From Paracoccaceae bacterium (GTDB lineage: Bacteria; Pseudomonadota; Alphaproteobacteria; Rhodobacterales; Rhodobacteraceae): 64,000 bases of DNA. Shown here one piece after another: positions 58,221 through 64,000 of this stretch. Both the position numbers and the translations under genes were made by a program. The DNA is taken from the NCBI GenBank assembly GCA_021775315.1, contig JAJFIC010000027.1, positions 8,759 to 72,758 of the forward strand, in the 5' to 3' direction. Positions within the stretch are counted from its first letter, which is position 1; each line of letters opens with the position of its first letter. The notes under the pieces were generated by a model that was given only the letters and a program-made list of their open reading frames with translations, had not been told where the DNA came from and made no database searches.

Positions 58221-58271
58221 ACAGGGGCGCATCCCCTGTTTCTTTATTGCCCAAATGCTCTCGCCGAAGGC
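58221..58271 (-). repeat. Dispersed 3'-of-gene element, copy D
   Basis: Minus-strand sequence GCCTTCGGCGAGAGCATTTGGGCAATAAAGAA, then hairpin ACAGGGG-ATGCG-CCCCTGT (58239-58221). The box starts 29 nt after the acyl-CoA dehydrogenase stop and has the same orientation as that gene. Confidence 0.55.
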
Positions 58272-58299
58272 GTTCCGCAACAAAAAGCCCAAGCAGGTT

Positions 58300-59454
58300 T
58301 CACAGTTTACGCGATATCAGCTCCTTCATAATCTCGTTGGTGCCACCATATATCCGCTGCACCCGCGCGTCAGTCCACATTTCCGCGATCGCATATTCCT
58401 GCATATAGCCGTATCCGCCATGCAGTTGCAGGCATTCGTCCAGCACTTTGCCCTGCATGTCGCTTAACCAATATTTGCACATGGCGGCAGTTTCGACCGA
58501 CAGTTCGCCTTTCATATGGGCTGAAATGCAACTGTCCAGAAACGCGCGCGCGACCGTAGTGTTGGTTTTACATTCCGCCAGTTTGAAGCGGGTGTTCTGG
58601 AATTGCAGCAGATTGCCGCCAAAGGCCTCGCGTTCGCGGCAATACTCGATGGTCCGTTCAACTGCGCCTTCCATGGCACCAACGGCGCCGCAGCCGATAA
58701 TCAGGCGTTCCTGGGGCAGTTGTTTCATCATGTTGTAAAAGCCCTGGCCCTCGACCCCGCCCAGCAGGTTTTCCGGCGGGATTTCCACATTGTCAAAGAA
58801 CAATTCCGAGGTATCGGCGGCTTTCAGGCCAATTTTGTCAAGGTTGCGACCGCGCGAAAACCCTTCCGCCCCGTCGGTTTCAAGCACCATCAACGAGGTG
58901 CCCTTAGAGCCTTGTGACGGGTCGGTTTTTGCCGCCACGATGATCAGATTGGCATGTTGGCCATTGGTGATGAAGATCTTCGAGCCGGTCATTTTGTAAT
59001 TGTTGCCGTCTTTGATCGCGCGGGTTTTGATCGCCTGCACGTCGGACCCGGCTGAGGGTTCGGTCATGGCCAATGCGCCGACCAGCTCGCCCGATACCAG
59101 TTTCGGCAACCAGCGTTTTTTCTGATCTTCGGTGCCGCAATTCAGGATGTAATGCGAAACGATGCCGGAATGGATGCCTTGTCCCCAACTGGCCAAATTG
59201 TTGCGACTGGCCGCCATCAGGATCACGGCCTCGTGGCCGAAATCGCCGCCGGGGCCGCCGTATTCTTCGGGGATTGACGGGCAAAGCAGGCCAAGTTCAC
59301 CGGCTTCTTGCCAGGTGCTGCGGTCCATTTCGCCCTGTTCGCGCCATTTGTCGAATTTCGGTGCCCATTCGGTTGTGATAAAGCTGTTGGTCATGTCTTC
59401 GAGCATTTTATGCTCGTCGCTCATCCAGTCTGACTGCAGCGCTGAAACGTTCAT
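58300..59454 (-). CDS. Acyl-CoA dehydrogenase (384 aa)
   Basis: Start at ATG 59454 with a GAGGAAGG RBS; the track start 59580 is an over-extension. [43 protein letters not shown]. Confidence 0.9.
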   Translation of the reverse strand: MNVSALQSDWMSDEHKMLEDMTNSFITTEWAPKFDKWREQGEMDRSTWQEAGELGLLCPSIPEEYGGPGGDFGHEAVILMAASRNNLASWGQGIHSGIVSHYILNCGTEDQKKRWLPKLVSGELVGALAMTEPSAGSDVQAIKTRAIKDGNNYKMTGSKIFITNGQHANLIIVAAKTDPSQGSKGTSLMVLETDGAEGFSRGRNLDKIGLKAADTSELFFDNVEIPPENLLGGVEGQGFYNMMKQLPQERLIIGCGAVGAMEGAVERTIEYCREREAFGGNLLQFQNTRFKLAECKTNTTVARAFLDSCISAHMKGELSVETAAMCKYWLSDMQGKVLDECLQLHGGYGYMQEYAIAEMWTDARVQRIYGGTNEIMKELISRKL

Positions 59455-59562
59455 CTGGTCACCCTTCCTCAATTCTGGCCCTTTGTCTGGCGCGCGCAAC
59501 TTTCGGTCGCGCGTGCCTTTAGTTTTGTCAGCGCACCTGAAAGGGCGCAAGCCACAAACACG

Positions 59563-59583
59563 GTTTTGCCGCAACGGCAAAAC
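59563..59583 (-). terminator. Perfect 9-bp hairpin between the two acyl-CoA dehydrogenase genes (terminator or attenuator candidate)
   Basis: GTTTTGCCG-CAA-CGGCAAAAC lies 24 nt after the stop at 59607. On the minus strand CGTGTTTGTGG follows. Confidence 0.35.
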
Positions 59584-59606
59584 GCCCGCAGCGCGGCGTT
59601 GGCCGC

Positions 59607-61385
59607 CTAAAAAGACTCAGCCGCCAGCGCCATGACTGTGTCTGCACCCGACTGAATGCGCGCCAGGTGCAGTTTCGTGGCGGGCAAACGACGCGCCATA
59701 TAATAGCGACCGGTTGCCAGTTTGGTTTCATAAAACTCGGTATCGGACGCCCCGGCAGCCAAGGCGGCGGATGCGGCTTTTGCCATGCGGGCCCACATCA
59801 GGCCAAGGCAGACATGGCCGAACAGGTGCATGAAATCGCTGGAACCGGACAAGGCCGCGTTTGGGTTTTTCATGCCTTCTGCCATAAAAAACATGGCCGA
59901 GGTTTGCAGGTCTTTGCTGGCGGATTTTAGCGGCTCAAGGAAATCGGCCTTAAGGGCCTCGTCGCTTTCGTTTTCCTTGATGAAATCCTTGACCATGGCA
60001 AAGAACGCCATCACATGCTTGCCGCCATCGCTGGCCAGTTTGCGGCCCACAAGGTCCAGCGCCTGAACGCCGTTGGCGCCTTCATAGATCATGGCGATGC
60101 GGGCGTCGCGGGTGAACTGACTCATGCCTTGTTCTTCGATATAGCCGTGGCCGCCGTAAACCTGTTGGGCCTGCACGGTCATGTCGTAACCTTCGTCGGT
60201 CAGAAAGCCCTTGATGACCGGGGTCATCAGCGAAATCAGACCCAGTGCATCGGCGTCTTTGCTGCGTTCTGATTTGTCCAGCAGGGTGGCCGACCAATAA
60301 GCAAAAGCACGCGCGCCTTCGACAAAGGATTTCTGGTCCATCAGGCTGCGGCGAATGTCAGGATGCACGATCAATGGGTCCGCCGGGCCATCGGGGTTTT
60401 CAACACCAGTCACAGCGCGCCCCTGCAGGCGGTCTTTGGCATAGATGACAGCGTTCTGATAGGCCGCATCGGCCTGCGCCAGCCCTTGCAGGCCAACCCC
60501 CAGCCGGGCGTGGTTCATCATGGTGAACATGGCCCGCATGCCTTTATGCGCGTCGCCAAGCAGATATCCAGTGGCGTCGTCAAAGTTCATCACACAGGTC
60601 GAATTGCCGTGGATGCCCATCTTTTCTTCGATCGACCCAACCGCCACGCCGTTACGCGCGCCAAGGGAGCCGTCTTTGTTAATCAGGAATTTGGGCACGA
60701 TAAAAAGCGACACACCTTTGATGCCTTCCGGCCCGCCATTGATCTTGGCCAGCACCAGATGAATGATGTTTTCCGACATGTCATGTTCACCGGACGAGAT
60801 GAAAATCTTTTGTCCGGTGATCTTATAGCTGCCGTCGTCCTGCGGCGCGGCTTTGGAACGCATCAGACCCAGATCAGTGCCGCAATGCGACTCGGTCAGG
60901 TTCATTGTGCCTGTCCATTCGCAATTGTTCATCTTTGGCAAATAGGTGGCTTTCTGCGCCTCTGTGCCATGCGCGTGGATCGAGGCATAAGCACCATTGG
61001 TCAGGCCCTGATACATTGCAAACGACTGATTAGATGCATTCAGCATTTCACCGACCGCCGTGCCAATCACGCCGGGCATGCCCTGTCCGCCATATTCCGG
61101 ATCAAGCGCCAGCGACGGCCAGCCAGCCTCGCAAACCATATCAAACGCTTCTTTGAAACCTTTGGGCGTGTAAACCACACCGTTTTCCAGGCGGCAGCCT
61201 TCGATATCACCAACCGCATTCAGCGGTGCCAGAACTTCTGATGTGATCTTTCCAGCTTCTTCCAGAATGGCCGAGGTAAAGTCGGCCTCAAGATCGCTAT
61301 ATCCGGGGATGTCGCTTTGGGTGACTTTCAGCAAATCGTGCAACACAAATTGCATATCTTTGGTCGGGGCGATGTAGGTGGTCAT
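59607..61385 (-). CDS. Large (~590 aa) acyl-CoA dehydrogenase with a C-terminal extension domain
   Basis: [20 protein letters not shown]-terminus, [37 protein letters not shown], then ~150 extra C-terminal residues. This class includes FadE-like and DmdC-like enzymes; substrate not assignable here. Confidence 0.88.
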   Translation of the reverse strand: MTTYIAPTKDMQFVLHDLLKVTQSDIPGYSDLEADFTSAILEEAGKITSEVLAPLNAVGDIEGCRLENGVVYTPKGFKEAFDMVCEAGWPSLALDPEYGGQGMPGVIGTAVGEMLNASNQSFAMYQGLTNGAYASIHAHGTEAQKATYLPKMNNCEWTGTMNLTESHCGTDLGLMRSKAAPQDDGSYKITGQKIFISSGEHDMSENIIHLVLAKINGGPEGIKGVSLFIVPKFLINKDGSLGARNGVAVGSIEEKMGIHGNSTCVMNFDDATGYLLGDAHKGMRAMFTMMNHARLGVGLQGLAQADAAYQNAVIYAKDRLQGRAVTGVENPDGPADPLIVHPDIRRSLMDQKSFVEGARAFAYWSATLLDKSERSKDADALGLISLMTPVIKGFLTDEGYDMTVQAQQVYGGHGYIEEQGMSQFTRDARIAMIYEGANGVQALDLVGRKLASDGGKHVMAFFAMVKDFIKENESDEALKADFLEPLKSASKDLQTSAMFFMAEGMKNPNAALSGSSDFMHLFGHVCLGLMWARMAKAASAALAAGASDTEFYETKLATGRYYMARRLPATKLHLARIQSGADTVMALAAESF

Positions 61386-61407
61386 TTGCTTACTCCGTTA
61401 ACTGATC

Positions 61408-61806
61408 TTATTCAGCGGCGTGATTTGATTTTTCCTGAGCCAGTATTTCTTCCCCTTGAGAAATCTGAGATTTCAGATCCTCAATGGCGTTACACAGCTC
61501 GTCGCGACGGTTTTCCATGTCGGCCAGTCGTTCATTGGCGATTTCCATGGTGCGCGATATTTGCAGGTACAATCCGTCGCCGACATAATACAACTCCAGC
61601 AATTGCCGGATATCTTCCAGGGAAAATCCAAAACGCTTGCCGCGCAGGATAAGTTTCATGCGGGCCTGATCGCGTTTGGTGAACAGGCGTTTTTGCCCAA
61701 CCCGATCAGGGCAGAGCAGTTCTTTGGCTTCATAAAAGCGCAGTGTGCGTGGTGTTACATCAAACAAGTCACACATCTGCCGGATGGTCAGGCGTGAGTC
61801 GGTCAT
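61408..61806 (-). CDS. MerR-family transcriptional regulator (LiuR-like context)
   Basis: Start at ATG 61806: MTDSRLTIRQMCDLFDVTPRTLRFYEAKELLCPDRVGQKRLFTKRDQARMKLILRGKRFGFSLEDI. 22 nt upstream of the large acyl-CoA dehydrogenase gene. Confidence 0.88.
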   Translation of the reverse strand: MTDSRLTIRQMCDLFDVTPRTLRFYEAKELLCPDRVGQKRLFTKRDQARMKLILRGKRFGFSLEDIRQLLELYYVGDGLYLQISRTMEIANERLADMENRRDELCNAIEDLKSQISQGEEILAQEKSNHAAE

Positions 61807-61901
61807 TGTGAAATACCTAAGTTTCTTTTCGATCGTTTCTGTCTGTACATGACATGGGTGCCATTCATACTGCTGCCAAGGCATAGCACAAGGTTTACGC
61901 A

Positions 61902-61933
61902 AATCTACGTTACGTCAAATCAATTTACGTCAA
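61902..61933 (-). promoter_or_regulatory. Candidate MerR-type promoter/operator: -35 TTGACG, 20-bp spacer carrying an ACGT-rich dyad, -10 TAGATT
   Basis: Minus-strand sequence TTGACG (61933-61928), 20 nt, TAGATT (61907-61902). The plus strand shows the direct repeat TTACGTCAA at 61910-61918 and 61925-61933, and the imperfect dyad ACGTCAAAT-CA-ATTTACGT at 61912-61930. Confidence 0.35.
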
Positions 61934-61989
61934 GTATTCGTGGGGTTTCGCCACCCCATTTGCCCATTGTCTGCGCTGAATCGCCCTGC

Positions 61990-62373
61990 TTACTCGGCCT
62001 GCTGCTCCAGATTCTCGATGGATATCCGGTGCAGATGCTTTAGCTCTTCTATGGTTTCCTCAAGCTCCAGCTTGCGGTGTTCCAACTCGTCAATCTGGCG
62101 GGCCGACATTTCGATCCAAATCTCGGTCTGTTTGCGATTGTTCGGATCAACATCATAAAGCAGCAACCACTGGCGCACCTCTTCCAACGGAAACCCAAAG
62201 CGGCGGCCGCGCAGGATCAGTTTCAGCCGGGCCATTTCGCGCGACCGATAATACCGGGTGCGACCGATCTTTTCCGGCTGCAACAGCTCGATATATTCAT
62301 AGTGGCGCAGGGTGCGTGCTGTGACACCGAACCGGGCGCACATTTCATTGAGTGTCAGTGTTTCTTCATTCAT
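61990..62373 (-). CDS. MerR-family transcriptional regulator (paralog of 61408..61806)
   Basis: MNEETLTLNEMCARFGVTARTLRHYEYIELLQPEKIGRTRYYRSREMARLKLILRGRRFGFPLEEV aligns residue for residue with the neighbouring MerR protein. Confidence 0.88.
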   Translation of the reverse strand: MNEETLTLNEMCARFGVTARTLRHYEYIELLQPEKIGRTRYYRSREMARLKLILRGRRFGFPLEEVRQWLLLYDVDPNNRKQTEIWIEMSARQIDELEHRKLELEETIEELKHLHRISIENLEQQAE

Positions 62374-62589
62374 TGCGGACCATCAATGCTTGTTCAGCCC
62401 TAGGCTGACGTGTTTGCGCTGATTTTTCAAGGCTTAGAAATAATCAGGCGCAAAGCCATAGAAAGCGACACTGCCATCGCAGCACAAGCGCCACCGAAAC
62501 CACTGTGATACCACTGTGAGACCGGTGTCGCTACGGCTGCCATTTCGGGCACAATACCTGTCCTCGTGATCGGGAGGATCCCGCGTAAA

Positions 62590-62618
62590 TTGCAATTGCA
62601 ATTGCGAATTGTTATCAT
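62590..62618 (+). promoter_or_regulatory. Sigma-70-like promoter candidate embedded in a TTGCAA/TTGCGA triple tandem repeat
   Basis: TTGCAA (62590-62595), 17-nt spacer, TATCAT (62613-62618). The sequence reads TTGCAATTGCAATTGCGAATTGTTATCAT and contains the palindromic unit GCAATTGC twice. About 100 nt upstream of thioesterase ATG 62717. Confidence 0.4.
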
Positions 62619-62716
62619 TCTCAAAAATAGGACTTGCACCGGGAAAGTCAAAATCAAATAACAGAGCAGCAGAAAGCCGCGCAAGACCTGTGCAAAAAGG
62701 CAGCCAAGTGACTGAA

Positions 62717-63178
62717 ATGACCCCTCAAATAAAGGCCAAGATGGCCCGCCAGTTTATGGAGGCGATTCCCCATTCGCGCGAACTGGCGATGGATCTGGTT
62801 TCGATCGACAACGGAATTGCCGAAATAACCATGCCTTATGATGAAAAGTTGGTGGGCGATCCATCAACCGGCGTGATCCACGGTGGCGCGGTTTCCGCCC
62901 TGATGGATTCCTGTTGTGGTGCGGCAGTGATGAGCCACCCTTCCTCGCCAACCGGCACCGCGACGATTGATCTGCGCATTGATTACATGCGCGCCGCCAC
63001 ACCGGGGCAGGCGATCAGCGCCGTCGCTGAATGCTATCATGTCACCCGGTCCGTCGCCTTTGTGCGTGCCACGACATTTGACGATGACCGCGACCGGCCC
63101 GTGGCCACAGCAACCGGCACCTTCACGGTCAGTCAGCCGCGCGAAAAACCTGCCGCCGAAACGGACCCAAAAACATGA
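62717..63178 (+). CDS. PaaI-family (hotdog-fold) thioesterase
   Basis: Start at ATG 62717 (MTPQIKAKMARQFMEAIPHSREL). GVIHGGAVSALMDSCCGAAV is typical of PaaI/uncharacterised-domain-1 thioesterases. Confidence 0.8.
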   Translation: MTPQIKAKMARQFMEAIPHSRELAMDLVSIDNGIAEITMPYDEKLVGDPSTGVIHGGAVSALMDSCCGAAVMSHPSSPTGTATIDLRIDYMRAATPGQAISAVAECYHVTRSVAFVRATTFDDDRDRPVATATGTFTVSQPREKPAAETDPKT

Positions 63179-63684
63179 GCCGCCAACCCGTCGAACCCGT
63201 CCAGATCGTGCGCCAACGCCGCGACGAGGCATTGAACGCCCTTGTCGATGGTGTGCCTTATATTCGGTTCATGGGCATTCGGTTTGACCGGCGCGGGGAT
63301 GAATTAACGGCCGTGATGCCGTTCGACCAAAAGCTGATCGGCAATCCAATCCTGCCCGCACTGCATGGCGGCGTAACTGCGGCGTTTCTTGAGGTCACGG
63401 CGATTGTTGTTCTCAGTTGGAACATTGCTTGGGACCGCATGGAAAACGGCCACCGGGGGGTGGATGAATGGGATGGCAAACATCTGCCAAAAATGCCCAA
63501 GACCATTGATTTTACCACGGACTACCTGCGCTCTGGCTTGCCGCGCGATGCCTATGCACGGGCGCGTGTGAACCGATCCGGGCGGCGCTATGCCTCGGTC
63601 CATGTTGAGGCATGGCAGGACAACCGTGACCGGATGTTTGCCCAAGGCACCGGGCATTTTGTTATGCCCACGCTGGATGAGTAA
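63175..63684 (+). CDS. PaaI-family (hotdog-fold) thioesterase, second copy
   Basis: ILPALHGGVTAAFLEVTAIVVL...ASVHVEAWQ. The start overlaps the previous stop (ATGA). Confidence 0.75.
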   Translation: MSRQPVEPVQIVRQRRDEALNALVDGVPYIRFMGIRFDRRGDELTAVMPFDQKLIGNPILPALHGGVTAAFLEVTAIVVLSWNIAWDRMENGHRGVDEWDGKHLPKMPKTIDFTTDYLRSGLPRDAYARARVNRSGRRYASVHVEAWQDNRDRMFAQGTGHFVMPTLDE

Positions 63685-64000
63685 CATAACCCTCGGCAGC
63701 CTGACCCATAAACGGGTGCTGAAAATTGCCATCCCGATCGTTCTGGCCAATATCACGATCCCGCTGCTGGGCGCCGTCGATACCGGTGTGGTGGGCCAGC
63801 TTGGCACTGCCGCCCCGATTGGCGCGGTTGGCATTGGTGCGATCATTCTGACCGCAATCTACTGGATCTTCGGGTTTCTGCGCATGGGCACCACTGGGCT
63901 GACCTCGCAAGCGCGCGGCGCAGGCGATCAGGCCGAAGTGACGGCGTTGCTGATGCGCGTGATCCTCAGCGGTGCGGCGGCGGGTCTGTTGATCATATTG
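63677..64000 (+). CDS. MATE-family efflux transporter (DinF-like), 3' end cut by the window edge
   Basis: Not in the ORF track because there is no stop in the window. ATG 63677 overlaps the previous stop (ATGA). Manual translation: MSNITLGSLTHKRVLKIAIPIVLANITIPLLGAVDTGVVGQLGTAAPIGAVGIGAIILTAIYWIFGFLRMGTTGLTSQARGAGD..., a typical MATE N-terminus. Confidence 0.8.
   Translation, partial: MSNITLGSLTHKRVLKIAIPIVLANITIPLLGAVDTGVVGQLGTAAPIGAVGIGAIILTAIYWIFGFLRMGTTGLTSQARGAGDQAEVTALLMRVILSGAAAGLLIIL

Noticed and set aside
1-64000. CRISPR arrays, IS elements or transposases, integrases, prophage genes and rRNA.
   Set aside because: I saw no regularly spaced direct repeats, and no DDE, tyrosine- or serine-recombinase motifs among the ORF translations. 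This was a scan by eye only.

Overview
This window looks like an alphaproteobacterial chromosomal segment. Gene content and order resemble Rhodobacterales, but I cannot verify that without a search. All family calls are by-eye motif recognition; no BLAST or HMM search was possible.

Bases 1 to about 12.3 kb form a visibly lower-G+C accessory block. It contains:
- a giant secreted repeat protein (>=1475 codons) that is missing from the ORF track because it runs off the left edge;
- two LuxR-type HTH proteins, one fused to an alpha/beta-hydrolase fold that appears to lack its catalytic residues;
- a small secreted Cys-containing protein;
- an SGNH hydrolase;
- a protein with phospholipase-C-like His/Asp motifs;
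- a tightly coupled two-gene operon encoding a cytoplasmic trypsin-like serine protease and a membrane-spanning caspase-like (peptidase C14) protein with a Cys-rich periplasmic domain.

The protease operon is my best candidate for an undescribed system. The island's divergent promoter regions carry a perfect 16-bp palindrome and two identical copies of a TCACCC-GAAA-GGGTGA inverted repeat.

The rest of the window (12.3-64 kb) is mostly core genes:
- M20 amidohydrolase, L,D-transpeptidase, and an MDR oxidoreductase with two DUF4386 membrane paralogs and a LysR regulator;
- a URO-D-like orphan gene abutting a truncated regulator remnant;
- a hook-less SbcCD-like pair, tRNA-Glu, recJ, hom, a TetR regulator, a HAD hydrolase, glyA, nadK and an amidase;
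- a second SHMT paralog with a LysR regulator and a bicupin protein;
- an AI-2E transporter, hdaA, ppk1, ppx, proS, lolC/lolD, an RTX protein, an acyl-CoA synthetase, a DMT transporter and a sulfotransferase;
- a beta-oxidation cluster (FadB/J-type enzyme, cupin, thiolase, GST, two acyl-CoA dehydrogenases) headed by two tandem MerR paralogs;
- two PaaI thioesterases and an edge-truncated MATE transporter, also missing from the ORF track.

A dispersed element placed 3' of genes (GCCTTCGGCGAGGATATTTT, then an A-rich tract, then a hairpin) occurs four times. I saw no CRISPR array, IS element, integrase or rRNA. The ORF track starts appear over-extended because they use alternative start codons, so I trimmed many starts to ATG/GTG codons with an RBS or a conserved N-terminus.
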